A DNA stretch of 64,000 nucleotides from Nitrospirota bacterium. GTDB lineage: Bacteria; Nitrospirota; UBA9217. The translations under genes were made by a program, and so were the position numbers. Location: assembly GCA_963737155.1 (NCBI GenBank), contig CAVTRN010000002.1, positions 544,001-608,000 of the forward strand. The letters are read 5' to 3'. This document shows, piece after piece, positions 30,796-42,066 of this stretch; within the stretch, counting starts at the first letter, position 1; each line of letters begins with the position of its first letter. The notes beneath the pieces were generated by a model. The model was given only the letters and a program-made list of their open reading frames with translations. It searched no databases and was not told where the DNA came from.

Positions 30796-33132
30796 TCACT
30801 TTTTTCTGCTATTGAGCGAATCATTAAGCACTGAATTCAATGTTCTCCGCAGATCTTCTATATTGTAGGGTTTCTTAAGGAAGGAACGGAAACCCTGCTT
30901 ACGATAATTCGACAAGGCCGCGTCATCAGAATAGCCGCTCGATACGATAGCGTTAACATCCGGATCGAGCTCGATCAATTTTTGCAGAGTCTCCATTCCG
31001 CCCATCCCTCCCCGGATGGTCAAGTCCAGGATAACAGCGTCAAAGGGAAGACTGGCTTCACGTGCGGCCCAATAGGCCGCAAGCGCGGATTCGCCTGTTT
31101 CCGCAACGGCGACATCATGACCCAATGCGGTAAGCAATTCTCCCGCAACCTCTCTGATCATTTCCTCGTCATCCATGATCAGAATCCTGCCCTTCCTTAT
31201 CGTTGCAGGGCTTGCCGAGCCTATCGGTTCTTCCACCTCTGAACTAGTCAAGGGAAGATAGATAAAGACGGTGGTCCCTTTACCGACTTCGGATTGTATG
31301 CGGACCAGGCCCTCGTGGTTTTTGATGATTGAATAAGCAGTGGCGAGCCCCAGTCCGCTCCCTTTCTCCTTGGTAGTGTAGTAAGGATCGAATATCCTCG
31401 TAAGATTATCTGCCGGAATTCCCATGCCTTGGTCACGGATCGATATTTCCACGAGGTTGCCCTGCAAGTCGGCCGGTGGTACAATCGCTGCAGCAGGCAT
31501 GTTCCGGACCGATACCCGGATCATACCGCCCAGTGGCATCGCCTGAGCGGCGTTTAGCACGATGTTCTGTATCACTTGGCCAATTTGTCCCTCATCTGCT
31601 TCGACTGTACGGGGGTTGCCATCCATAGCTATCTCGTATTTAATGCGAGAGCCACTTAGAGCGAATGCCACCGAGTTCTCAATCAATGGCCGGAGGGCAA
31701 AAACCTTCTTCACCGGCTTCCCCCCCTTGGAAAAGGTGAGGAGCTGAGAAGTGAGATTGACCGACTGATGCAATGCTTTTTCTGCCTGCGTGAGCATGTC
31801 GAGCGACTTTTCTTTCTGATCAAGGGTGAGTTTGGCCATGGAGATAAATCCGAAAATACCCTGAAGGAGATTGTTGAAGTCATGAGCGATGCCGCCGGCG
31901 AGCGTGCCGATAGACTCAAGCTTCTGTGTCTTGAGTCTTTCATCCTCAAAGAGGCGTTGATCTGTGATGTCCCATAGGATACCATTGATCCTTGCGGGAA
32001 ATCCCTTGTCATTACGAACCAGTCTGCCGCGGGCTGCGATATAATGGACGCTTCCGTCAAGCCAGATAATGCGATACGACGACTCGTAAAGAATATCCTG
32101 CTCAATAGTCCGAGCGAGCGCTGCCTTGATCTTCTCGCGATCTTCAGGATGTACCGCTTGGTAGAATTCTTCCGCAGCGCCGGTGAACGTCGTCGCATCG
32201 ATCCCAAGCAGTTGACATGTCAAATCGTCGAAATAGTGCTTTTTTTGATCGATATCGAAGCGCCATACGCCCATATGTGCGGACTGCAATGCGAGGTCAA
32301 GTCGTGACTGGTTCTCGCGCAGCGCTTCCTCCGCTTGCTTCCGTATACTGATGTTCGTGATCACGCCGATCAGGCCGAGTTCGTTGCCGTGAACGTCGTG
32401 GAAGCGCTGGCCTGTAAGATGCCCCCAGAACTGGGTGCCGGACTTCTGCCAGAAGAGATGTTCGATGTCTACGGAAGAGATCTCGCTCGCCAGCAGGGCC
32501 AGCATCTTCTGCCGGCCACTCGCCTGCTCCGATGGATGTACATGATCGAGGTATTCGCTTCCGACAATTTCCTCTATCGGACAGCCGAACATTTCGGCCA
32601 TGTGCCTGTTAGCGTGGGCAATCCGACCGGACCTGTCTACCAGAAAGATCGCAACGTTCGCCGTGTCCATGATCTGCTGCATCATGGCTCCACGTTCGGT
32701 GATCTCCTCTTCGGCCCGCTTGCGCTGACCGATTTCTACTATCAATGCCGCATTGACTTCCTTTATTTCTGTTGTTCGGTCCTCAACACGCTGTTCCAAT
32801 TCTCGAAATGATAGAGACAGCGCTTCCTCGGCCTGTTTGCGCTTTATGACGATGAATGAAATCCACCACAGCACGAGTATTCCCACGGCGCGGTTGACAG
32901 CGGCTCTTGCAAGATTCCCTCCGGGAGGAGAAAAAAAGTAACTAGCTATGATAAGCAGTGTAGCTAAGAACGTGAGCAGGGGGACATGGCTACGCTTCAA
33001 AGGAGGGGTGGCAACGAAGAAGGGTATAAAGTAGAGCAGCCAACTAGCATAACCAACAGGCGTTTGAACATCGAAGATCAGGATTACTATCGTTAGCGCG
33101 ATTGCAATCGTGAAATCTCTTTTTCTATTCAT
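30796..33132 (-). CDS. membrane hybrid histidine kinase TM-PAS-PAS-HisKA-HATPase-REC (CckA-like)
   Basis: AGGIAHDFNNLL, NIVLNAAQAM, FDPYYTTK..GSGLGL, C-terminal REC MDDE..LDLTIRGG..KPY. Confidence 0.93.
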   Translation of the reverse strand: MNRKRDFTIAIALTIVILIFDVQTPVGYASWLLYFIPFFVATPPLKRSHVPLLTFLATLLIIASYFFSPPGGNLARAAVNRAVGILVLWWISFIVIKRKQAEEALSLSFRELEQRVEDRTTEIKEVNAALIVEIGQRKRAEEEITERGAMMQQIMDTANVAIFLVDRSGRIAHANRHMAEMFGCPIEEIVGSEYLDHVHPSEQASGRQKMLALLASEISSVDIEHLFWQKSGTQFWGHLTGQRFHDVHGNELGLIGVITNISIRKQAEEALRENQSRLDLALQSAHMGVWRFDIDQKKHYFDDLTCQLLGIDATTFTGAAEEFYQAVHPEDREKIKAALARTIEQDILYESSYRIIWLDGSVHYIAARGRLVRNDKGFPARINGILWDITDQRLFEDERLKTQKLESIGTLAGGIAHDFNNLLQGIFGFISMAKLTLDQKEKSLDMLTQAEKALHQSVNLTSQLLTFSKGGKPVKKVFALRPLIENSVAFALSGSRIKYEIAMDGNPRTVEADEGQIGQVIQNIVLNAAQAMPLGGMIRVSVRNMPAAAIVPPADLQGNLVEISIRDQGMGIPADNLTRIFDPYYTTKEKGSGLGLATAYSIIKNHEGLVRIQSEVGKGTTVFIYLPLTSSEVEEPIGSASPATIRKGRILIMDDEEMIREVAGELLTALGHDVAVAETGESALAAYWAAREASLPFDAVILDLTIRGGMGGMETLQKLIELDPDVNAIVSSGYSDDAALSNYRKQGFRSFLKKPYNIEDLRRTLNSVLNDSLNSRKK

Positions 33133-33388
33133 TTGTGTGACTCCAGAGAAGTCAGCAACGCAACTTCATTGAAAAATAATACAACTATTAGTTACTTTAT
33201 GAAACATGTATGTCAAAGATATGATTTACATATAAATATCCCGAAAATAATAGCAGTTGAAACTTGCGCATTACACTAACTTTAAATAAAACTAATGACT
33301 AATTTATTCATTCTGAATGAGGGTTTGATAACAAGTTCCGAGACGGCTGCAACTTATTCAATAATAAAAAGCATGTATCATCCGCACT

Positions 33389-34024
33389 CTAGTCTTCAAT
33401 ATTATTCTTCGGTATCTTTTCAATCTTGGAGTCCGAATATCGCTTCATGAGCTTTGAGTGGCAAGCCGGGCATATGCCGTGCGTAAACTCAGTGCCTGTC
33501 AGCTCCGTGATATAGGTTTCGACCTTCTTCCAATACCCTTTATCGTCGCGGATCTTTTTACACCAAGCACATATGGGAAGCAGCCCCTGCAGGGTCTTTA
33601 TTTCCTTCAGGGTATTTTCAAGCCGAGTTAGCAGCTTCTGCCGTTCGATGGCATAGCGAATGACCCGGACTATATTTATGCTGTTGACATGACTTTTGAC
33701 GAGATAGTCCTGCGCGCCCTGTTGCATCGCTTCGAGGGCTACTGCTTCATCGTCCAGCCCCGTTAGAACGATAATTGGAGCGTCCGGACATGCAGAATGG
33801 ACCTTGGTGAACGTGTCCAGCCCCCAGCTATCGGGCAGCCCGAGGTCCGACAGGACAACATCGTACCTCATTCCTCCAAGGTGCTTGAGTGCGGACGAAA
33901 GTCTATTTGCCACCTCAACCTCGATATGCATGTTGTGGCCTGAGGTCAGGAACTTGCGCATGAGTACGGCATCATCGTCGTTGTCTTCGATCAGCAATAC
34001 CCATATATGGTCGTCAGAGTTCAT
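33389..34024 (-). CDS. response regulator with Cys/His-rich C-terminal domain
   Basis: REC (IEDNDDD, SDLGLPD, DYLVK) followed by LPICAWCKKIRD..W..THGICPAC. Confidence 0.88.
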   Translation of the reverse strand: MNSDDHIWVLLIEDNDDDAVLMRKFLTSGHNMHIEVEVANRLSSALKHLGGMRYDVVLSDLGLPDSWGLDTFTKVHSACPDAPIIVLTGLDDEAVALEAMQQGAQDYLVKSHVNSINIVRVIRYAIERQKLLTRLENTLKEIKTLQGLLPICAWCKKIRDDKGYWKKVETYITELTGTEFTHGICPACHSKLMKRYSDSKIEKIPKNNIED

Positions 34025-34247
34025 CGGCCCCCCGCTATAGTGCCTTGCTAGTTTTTTTGCACCGATATATTATGGGATAATTTTAACGAATACAGTTTGA
34101 TAATTCAAGTGTTTCAGAGAATGGAAACTTGAATTGCTTCAGAAAATACAAATGATTATATTATGAAACAAATCATTACATATTTCAGCCGGATTTGTGG
34201 GGGGCTGATATGCTTTCAAAAAATGCATTTCGACAATCCAGAGGTTT

Positions 34248-34925
34248 TCACCAAATGAACGGTAACAAGCGATACTTCACCGTATGTTGATATTCTGGAT
34301 AGCCCGCAAGGTTTCTCAATAGGTATTTCTCCTCATCAAGTAGTCGCCATACGATCACAAGCGTAATCGGAATGATGGTAAATAAGCCCCACCACGAGCC
34401 AAGAGCAAGGGGCACTCCTGAAAGCATGACAAGGGCTCCGATGTACATCGGATGGCGTACGAGCGCGTATGGTCCAGTTGATATGACTATCTGTCCAGGA
34501 CTGACCTCAATAATTGCTGATGTATAAGTGTTTTTTTTGAACACGAAAAATATGATGATCAGACCGAGCGCGACGAGTATATCGCCTATTGCAACTGCAT
34601 ACAATGGTACCGTAGACCATTTGAAGCGATGATCAATTGCGGGGACCACAATCACCGTAAGAAACGCGATCGCTGCAAGAAATTGGATGATTTTTTGATT
34701 CTTCTCTTTCTCGGCGGCCGGACCCGAATTAATTCGCCGCTCCAAGAGCTTTGGATCTTTTCTCATAAGGTAGATGGTAATAGAGAATACCGACACGAAA
34801 AATATTGCCAGAAAAATCCATGCTTGCCAGTAATCAAGATTCCACGCCGGCAGGAAAAGTAAAGCGGCAAGAAGGACGAAAAGGCGCAGGAGTCCACTGA
34901 TTGCTTTTTTATTCAGTTCTATCAT
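34248..34925 (-). CDS. isoprenylcysteine carboxyl methyltransferase/PEMT family membrane protein
   Basis: TGPYALVRHPMY, EEKYL...GYPEY...VKYRLLPFIW. Confidence 0.88.
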   Translation of the reverse strand: MIELNKKAISGLLRLFVLLAALLFLPAWNLDYWQAWIFLAIFFVSVFSITIYLMRKDPKLLERRINSGPAAEKEKNQKIIQFLAAIAFLTVIVVPAIDHRFKWSTVPLYAVAIGDILVALGLIIIFFVFKKNTYTSAIIEVSPGQIVISTGPYALVRHPMYIGALVMLSGVPLALGSWWGLFTIIPITLVIVWRLLDEEKYLLRNLAGYPEYQHTVKYRLLPFIW

Positions 34926-35111
34926 CCATTTATATTAACATTTTCTATTTTAAGAAGCATTCAATGTTAATTTCCATGATTTCCTTGACATAAAATCGGG
35001 GAGGAAGTAATCCGTTAACGGATGCACAATAACATATATAAGTGCCAGATTAATAATATGACGAAAAAACGAAACTCTCAAATTCATGGGTATTGGCCTT
35101 GATGACCGAAC

Positions 35112-35501
35112 TTAAAAAAAGAGCATCCCGTCGTATTCCAGAGCATAAATGATCAAATGTATTCCGCCGGCGATCTCTGTTCCATCGATCAGAATATCTT
35201 TTGTCAGATTCCTGTTCTTCGCCACCTGCTCGCATAACTGAAACTTGACCCCTGCCTCGAGGGCCTCCGCAAGGCGCTGTTCAAAGGTAGGGACACCGGG
35301 TGGCAGTATCCCTTCTTCCTTGATTATCTCTTTGACGACTGCATCCGCTCCATCCTGTACGCAATAGACTACGGTATCGCAGCCCGAATGCTGGGCAAGA
35401 GTGGCAAACATAAGCGCTGATTTCACTTTGCCTACATCACGAACCCCAGTAGATAGCTGCACTGCAAATTTTTTTCTTTCCTTTTTATCAGCCTTATCCA
35501 T
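35112..35501 (-). CDS. DsrE family protein
   Basis: YCVQDGA, AGVKFQLCEQ, size about 130 aa. Confidence 0.75.
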   Translation of the reverse strand: MDKADKKERKKFAVQLSTGVRDVGKVKSALMFATLAQHSGCDTVVYCVQDGADAVVKEIIKEEGILPPGVPTFEQRLAEALEAGVKFQLCEQVAKNRNLTKDILIDGTEIAGGIHLIIYALEYDGMLFF

Positions 35502-35756
35502 GACGCCTTCCTCCTTCTACCACGTACAGCTATCTACACGTACCGGTAGAATAAGGGCAAACAAAGAAAACCCCTCACTTCTAGATTTTATCCTCAATAT
35601 TCATGATACTACGGATGGTAAATTTTATCCAGCAGAGAGAATCTCTACGGACACACATGGTTTATTTGCGAGGCGGCGTTAATGAATTCAATAGGAGACT
35701 ATATGAGTTTATAAGAATAGCAACCGCAAAAGTTAACGGAACGATACAAACATGCG

Positions 35757-36422
35757 TTAAAGATCCTTAAATGTAACTGCTTCCCGAATTGACCTTCTGG
35801 GACTTCGAAACTTGTTTTGGGGATGTTCGGTATCCGCATACCCGAGCGCAATCCCTATTATGATCGATAGGTCATTCGGGATTTTCAATTCCTTCCTGAT
35901 CAGGTCAGGATGGGCAACAAGGGTTACAGCCGGGGCTGAATCAAGGCCGAAGTGACGCGCCGACAGCATGAGGCTTTGGGAAAAAAGGCCCAGGTCGAAG
36001 ATCGACCAGGGAGTAAGTGAGCGGTCCATGCAAATATATGCGACCACCGGGGCATTGAAGAAATGATAGTTCATGCCCGATAGGTCCTTCAGTACAGTTT
36101 TATCCAGACAGACCTTCTCAAGGGTCATCATGCGTTCGGCCCGTAAGTCCTCCATCCGCTTCTGAAGATCCGGCGGCCATTGCTTCGGTGCGGCTAGATC
36201 GGGGTTGCGCGCCACGCAGTTTTTTAGGTTCGCAATGTAGGCCTCGCGCAGCCTACTTAAGGCTTCGCCGCCGACTACGTAGATTTCCCACGGCTGGGTA
36301 TTGGCCCAAGAAGGCGCCTTGAGCGCCGCTTCTATGACCTTTTCGAGCGTGTTACGATCGATGGGGGAAGGTTTGAAAGCGCGGACAGTAAATCGTGTGT
36401 TTAAAGCATCAATGACATCCAT
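35757..36422 (-). CDS. nitroreductase
   Basis: RFTVRAF, APSWANTQPW, GIALGY. Confidence 0.92.
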   Translation of the reverse strand: MDVIDALNTRFTVRAFKPSPIDRNTLEKVIEAALKAPSWANTQPWEIYVVGGEALSRLREAYIANLKNCVARNPDLAAPKQWPPDLQKRMEDLRAERMMTLEKVCLDKTVLKDLSGMNYHFFNAPVVAYICMDRSLTPWSIFDLGLFSQSLMLSARHFGLDSAPAVTLVAHPDLIRKELKIPNDLSIIIGIALGYADTEHPQNKFRSPRRSIREAVTFKDL

Positions 36423-36497
36423 GAAAGAGCCCTCCTATTCCCGTATTTGCAGATGGATCGGATCAAGACTCTCATACACAAAATGCATTAAGATTGA

Positions 36498-37127
36498 CTA
36501 ACGTCCAATACTATCCACTATTTCTGCCGAACTTTTTACGATAGCTGCCTTCTCAAGATTTTTCAACGATCGATCATGGGCATCTTTGTCCATAGAAGAC
36601 ACGCAATCGGAAACAACCACTGGGTAGAATCCTCTATTTGAGGCATCACGGGCAGATGACTCGATTCCAGCCTCGGTTGCAATGCCCGTGAATATTAGCG
36701 TCGTTATATGTCTGTTTCGCATCATATTCTCGAAATTTGTTCCTATGAAAATGCTTGCCGTCGGTTTATCCAGAAGCAGATCTCCTTTCGCCGGTTTTAC
36801 GGCATCAGGTATCTCTCTTTCCCGTGAGCCTGGCGGCATGAAATTAGGCAGCTTGTCCACCTCCTTGACATTAAAGCGTCGCATCATATTGTAAATGCTC
36901 CAAGAAGACTGAAATTCCCTTGGTGCAGGGGTTATCAGGGTATATGCAACAGGTAATTTCTTTCTCAATATCTCCACAAAACGTTTCAAATTGTCTATGA
37001 ACTCTTCTTGATTGAATATTCGGTCTACAAGGCCATTTTGGACATCCCAGACAATGAGGCACGAATGACGGGGATCGACTATTTCTGTCAAGTCTTCATA
37101 TACGGTAATACCATTTGCATAAATCAT
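36498..37127 (-). CDS. isochorismatase-like hydrolase
   Basis: WDVQN, KPTASIF, TGIATEAGIESSARDA (no Cys at the usual catalytic position, as in YecD-like members). Confidence 0.85.
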   Translation of the reverse strand: MIYANGITVYEDLTEIVDPRHSCLIVWDVQNGLVDRIFNQEEFIDNLKRFVEILRKKLPVAYTLITPAPREFQSSWSIYNMMRRFNVKEVDKLPNFMPPGSREREIPDAVKPAKGDLLLDKPTASIFIGTNFENMMRNRHITTLIFTGIATEAGIESSARDASNRGFYPVVVSDCVSSMDKDAHDRSLKNLEKAAIVKSSAEIVDSIGR

Positions 37128-37192
37128 TACTGGCTCCTTTCTAAAAATAAATCTCATGACGTCATGGTGGTCTGCGATTATCAATGAGAACA

Positions 37193-37937
37193 TCAGCTCA
37201 ATCTTTTTCTTACTTTTTCCCAGCTTCGTGTGATGAGAAAGCTTTCTTCCATATTCTCTAGCATATGCATGAATTTGTTTATTGGCACCGCAAATGTAAG
37301 TGTTTCCTTGAGAACATATGGTCTGGCCAATACATCAAACATTCCGATTATAGCTCGAGGTCTGCCCGAAGCTTTTTCCAGGTAGGGATACTGAATAATT
37401 GAACCACATCCGGCGGAAAAGGGACAATACACGCCATTTGGTTCAGTTTCTCATAGTTTGCAAGAGTAAAGAGGCCGGAAAACACATCGGGATTCGCAAA
37501 AAAGACAACAACGTCCGGATTGTCTGATTCCTCATCATGTCGAACCTTTTGAAAACAATAGTACGTGCAGGAGCCACAAATTTCGCTTCTATCCTTACCA
37601 TCTCTCTGACGATCTCTGGCGTCTTCTTGTAACGCTCGCCTTCGAGCTTTTCGGGAATGTCACACGACAGGATATATTCGACTTGAGGGTTTATTTTGTC
37701 TGTAAACCCGGAATATCGCTTGCCCCCATGGCAGCCGATCGAGTCAGATTCAAAACGGAGCGACGCTCCGTTTCTTACTTTGGCTAATACGCCGATCATG
37801 GACGTATGGGCTGATGGGGCTGGCACGCGTTCAGCATCATCTGTCTGATCAGTGTGGTAAAAAGTCAGCGGAAGGTCAGCTGCGTTGAAATATCGGTACC
37901 ATAGTTCGATGAACTTTGTCGTCAATTCATTTTCCAT
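37193..37937 (-). pseudogene. DUF169 family protein with two frameshifts
   Basis: GCHGGKRYSGF, EGERYKKTPE, IVFKR | EESDNPDVVVFFANPDVFSGLFTLANY | PFSAGCGSIIQYPYLE..IGMFD..ARP in three frames. Confidence 0.8.
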
Positions 37938-38021
37938 GACATCGACCTCCTTTTCGACGTCGTAACCAAGAAGTATGTGACGCAAGTGATGATATTTTAA
38001 GTGAAGTGATCGTGCTGCTCG

Positions 38022-38810
38022 CTATGCGCCGATGCCTTTCGAGGCAGGTACGCCGTCGGCTTTATCGAGAGACCATTCCGTTGCAGTGAGGCGCCTACCC
38101 GTGATTTTTCGTCCCTCCTCGGATGCAAGAAAGACAGCAACGGGAACGATGATCTCGGGCTTGAGCAGGCGCAAGCGGATATCGGCGGAAATGCCGGATG
38201 GGATCATGCCGGTTTCGGTAGCGCCGCCCGGAAGGATCTCGTTCACGGTTATGCCTGTGTCTTCCAGGTCCTGGGCCCAGATGATTGTCTCGGACTCAAG
38301 GGCTGCTTTCGACGGGCCGTAAGGCGAGAATCCTCTGCGTTTCATGGTCTCGTAGTTCATGGTCATATTGATAATCGTTCCGCTTTTTTGGCGCAGAAGG
38401 TGTGGTACCGTCGCGCGGGCCATGAAGAATGGACCGTTTATGTTCGTATCTATTACCATCTTCCATGTCTCGGGGTCTGTTTCCCAGAAGCGAGTCGGCG
38501 CGGACATGAAGGTAGGGGAAACGTATTTCATGCCCCGGCCGGCGTTGTTCACGAGCACGTCAATACGGCCGAATAGGGAGATTGTTTCGCTTATGACGCC
38601 TTCACAGTCGCGGTACTTGGTAACATCCGCCAGGAGAGCAAGAGCTTTGTTCTTTCCCCAGGAATCAACAAAGGAATCGATTTCCCTCCTTTCGCGCGCT
38701 GCGGTCACCACGACGCGGCAGCCCTCCTGCACGTATCCCTCGGCAATGGCCTTGCCGATGCCACGGCCACCGCCGGTTACTATCGCTACTTTCCCATCCA
38801 ATTTCCCCAT
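38022..38810 (-). CDS. SDR family oxidoreductase
   Basis: TGGGRGIG, NNAG, YGPSK. Confidence 0.93.
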   Translation of the reverse strand: MGKLDGKVAIVTGGGRGIGKAIAEGYVQEGCRVVVTAARERREIDSFVDSWGKNKALALLADVTKYRDCEGVISETISLFGRIDVLVNNAGRGMKYVSPTFMSAPTRFWETDPETWKMVIDTNINGPFFMARATVPHLLRQKSGTIINMTMNYETMKRRGFSPYGPSKAALESETIIWAQDLEDTGITVNEILPGGATETGMIPSGISADIRLRLLKPEIIVPVAVFLASEEGRKITGRRLTATEWSLDKADGVPASKGIGA

Positions 38811-38933
38811 AATCAGCCCTCATTTACTTTAACAAGATTATCGCTTTTTTCGCATACTCCATTCGTACAAAACTTGCAAAGAAATGATTCCCACATTGAC
38901 TACAAACGGATCATGGACCGACCTTTTGGAAGA

Positions 38934-39472
38934 TCAGAAGTGGTAAACATTCTCGCTGATGACAGCGGTTTCAGCGGCAGAATAGAGATTCCTATCCTCC
39001 TGTGATGATCCGGTTGATGATCCGGCCAGACGGGCAAGATCGGCGAAATAGATCGGGTGCATGGGTGCATCTTTCACGAAAGGCTGACGACTGGCCATCG
39101 CACGGACGTCTTCAGCAAGGACTGGTTTCAACGCCTGGGTCCTGGCATCATAGAGCTAGAGATCATATGCCATTGCGGCAACGATGTAGATATTGTGAAA
39201 GCTCATTGCCGGGGAGCGGCCCGCCTTCGCTGGTCTGGCCGATTTTCTCCAAAAGCCGCCCTCAGGAGATTTGAGAGTATTTGGGGAGTAAGCTTATCAC
39301 TGCTGAATGACGGCGAAGAATCAGTTCTTCAGCACCTGCATGAGCGGTCGCTCGCCTTCAGTTTATGGCTTCATCAGGACCATGGGTTTGACACCTCCGC
39401 AGCAGGGACTGCGGCGTAAAGGAGCTTGAGGGCTGCCAGTGATGCAATGATGGAATATGTGGTATGTTTCAT
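38934..39472 (-). pseudogene. SagB/ThcOx-like nitroreductase-fold relic
   Basis: Signal-like start, LMQVLK, FSSDKLTPQILSNLLRAAFGENRP, LYDA, QPFVKDAP, AVISENVY with several stops and frameshifts. Confidence 0.7.
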
Positions 39473-40180
39473 GATTGCGCTCCCCGGATTTGTTGAAATC
39501 GAATATGTTGAGCGATGAATACCGATAAGCATCGGGATTAAATTGTGAACTTATTCGTTTGATTGTGCCATTTTACCTCAGGGTTAATGAAGGGGCAGGA
39601 ATTATTTAAAAAGATAGCGCTTCATCACGCATATGTCAAGCTTGATAATGATAAGGGTAGGCTTGGCAGATTTTGGGTTGAAAGATTATGAGTTACAACG
39701 AATGGAAATCTCAACTGCATCAGGAGGGTATGTTTGGCTAAAAACTTCAAAAGGAATTATTCACTTGATGGGCGATTCTTGTTATCAGGGCTTCGCTTGT
39801 CAGCGTGATAAAAATAAACGAAAAGGATGTAATCATCGTAATTATCGTAATAGTGGAATGCCTATTGCTAGTGCGATTAAAAAGGAATCCATTCATTAAG
39901 CGAAGTGTTGCGATTTCCTTTTTATTTGATTTTCACGGTGATAATGGGCATTGATTCGAGTGCACGAGATGCGTAGAGACCGACGGAATCATTTTGGAAA
40001 TTTAAAAAGATATAGACTGAATGTGATATTGTATGAATGGGGACGGGGAAAGACATCCTTGTACGAAAAGGGGATTTATCCACGGGAGAGAATAAACTGC
40101 AAGATTGGAGCTGCTGCTGATGCTGCATATAAAGCTTGGCAAGCCTTTAAAATGTTGATAGGTGATATATGGATGATAAA

Positions 40181-40836
40181 ATGAGAATCATTGAACTTGG
40201 TTTTGTCAAGGCCTTCTTGGTTAGGGCAACGGATGGTTTTGTTTTAATCGATATTGTTTCAGTCTGCAGTGGGGAAAATTAGAAGTTGAATTAATATCTA
40301 CCGGTTGCCCCCCAGATAAATTAAAGCTCGTTGTTATAACACATGGAGACCTTGACCACACAGGAAATTGTGCTAAACTAAGGAAAAGTACAAAGTGAAA
40401 GTAGCCATGCAACAGGTTGATGCCTTTATGGTTGAGGAAGGCATTTTTTAAAGCGCAAAAATAAGAACGTTATTCGGTAAAATTATTATCTTATTTTCAA
40501 GGTTGTGGAATCGAAAGACGGGATTTAACAAATTTAAACCGGATATATTCTTAACAGGTGGGCAAAGTTTAGCAGGATATAGTCTTAATGCAAAAATTAT
40601 CCATCTACCCGGACACACAAAAGGTTCAATGAAATATGAGCCGAGGAGGGCGATTTATTTGCCGGGGATACACGGGTTAACACGAGAAAACCGGATATCG
40701 CCATATTTGTAGATGATTTTCAAGAACTTAACGATAGAATAAGTAAGTTGAAAAAAAGAATATTAAAATGGTTTATCCTGGTCGCGGTAAACCGGTTCTG
40801 TTAGAAAAACCAGCAGATGAATTAAAAAACAATTAA
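40181..40836 (+). pseudogene. MBL-fold metallo-hydrolase relic
   Basis: Fragments FVLID, VITHGDLDHTGN, HLPGHTKGS, VYPGRGKP in different frames. Confidence 0.8.
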
Positions 40837-40925
40837 TACTGACTAGACAAGATGGTTAGCGATTAATGGAAAGGAATGGGCAAAGGGCCGTTTTTGGATT
40901 AAAAATCAAATAAGGAGGTAACAGA

Positions 40926-41606
40926 ATGAAAAAGTTGTTTTTGGGGACAATCTTGTTGGCGCTGGCAATAGTTGTACCTATTTCCACAATGGCACAGGTA
41001 AATATAAATGTAGGTGTTGGTATTCCTCTGCCGCCTCCCATCGTATCTTCGGCACCCCCGGATGTAGTAGCGATGCCTGATACGAATGATGTATATGTCG
41101 CTCCTGATGTAAGTGCTGATTTGTTTTTCTGGAACGGTTGGTGGTGGCGTCCTTGGGAAGGTCGTTGGTATCGCTCACATTATTATGACCGAGGCTGGAG
41201 TTTTTATAATCAGGTTCCCAGTTTTTATTTCGATGTAAACCCGACTTGGAGAACATACTACAGAGACCATAATTGGGACGGACACCCATGGAACTACGAA
41301 AGGATTAATAACCAACGTCTTCAGCAGAACTGGAAAAGCTGGCATTCTAATCAATATTGGAGAAAGCAAGGAAACTGGGGTGTCAAAGGCTATCAGCCTC
41401 GACCACAACAGCAGAGGCAGGATCTACGAAGTCAAAGACAAAAGGAATATCAGCAGAGGCCTGAAGTTCAACGACACCAACAGGAGATGCAACAGAGACA
41501 GAAACAACCGAAACAACCGAAACAACCGAAACAACCGAAACAAGGACAACGCCATGGTCAGGCTCCTCAGAAAAAGCAACATGAGGGGGAATCAGAACAT
41601 AGATAG
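40926..41606 (+). CDS. exported Trp/Tyr-rich protein with Gln-rich low-complexity tail
   Basis: AAGGAGG RBS, signal peptide, VNINVGVGIPLPPP, FFWNGWWWRPW. Confidence 0.8.
   Translation: MKKLFLGTILLALAIVVPISTMAQVNINVGVGIPLPPPIVSSAPPDVVAMPDTNDVYVAPDVSADLFFWNGWWWRPWEGRWYRSHYYDRGWSFYNQVPSFYFDVNPTWRTYYRDHNWDGHPWNYERINNQRLQQNWKSWHSNQYWRKQGNWGVKGYQPRPQQQRQDLRSQRQKEYQQRPEVQRHQQEMQQRQKQPKQPKQPKQPKQGQRHGQAPQKKQHEGESEHR
41502..41543 (+). repeat. 9-bp tandem repeat (AAACAACCG)x4 plus a partial unit, encoding KQP
   Basis: Read directly from the sequence. Confidence 0.95.
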
Positions 41607-41849
41607 GAGCCAGACAGGACGAGAGTCATTTATGCTTAATAAGTGGATTATCGCGTCTCTAGGGTCTGTGTGTCCAGATTTTATAAGAAGGAATGGATAA
41701 TAATGCAAGGGAAAGAATCTACAGACTGCCTAAAACATTATGAGTTCAGCCAGAGATAGAAAGAAAAGAAGGACGCCCACTTATAAAATTGGTCGAAAAG
41801 CACTCATGACGTGAAAATGTTGGTTCAAATCAGGCTCTGTCACCAAATC

Positions 41850-41885
41850 AAGGACTTACGGTATTCCGTAAGTCCTTTTTTTCTT
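41850..41885 (+). terminator. intrinsic terminator
   Basis: AAGGACTTACGG-TATT-CCGTAAGTCCTT followed by a T run. Confidence 0.8.
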
Positions 41886-42066
41886 CTTAAAAAGAGGCAA
41901 CCTGTATGCGAAATGTAAACTGTCAGAAACACCTGCGAAGGCAGACTAATGCGAGTGTCATTTGGAAAAACTGTATGATTCAAGTTATTAAGTGTGTCGA
42001 TATTTAGCTTGGACAGGGTGGTTGACGTTCCTTGTCATGTAGTAGCAAAACTACGTAGAGGCAGTT

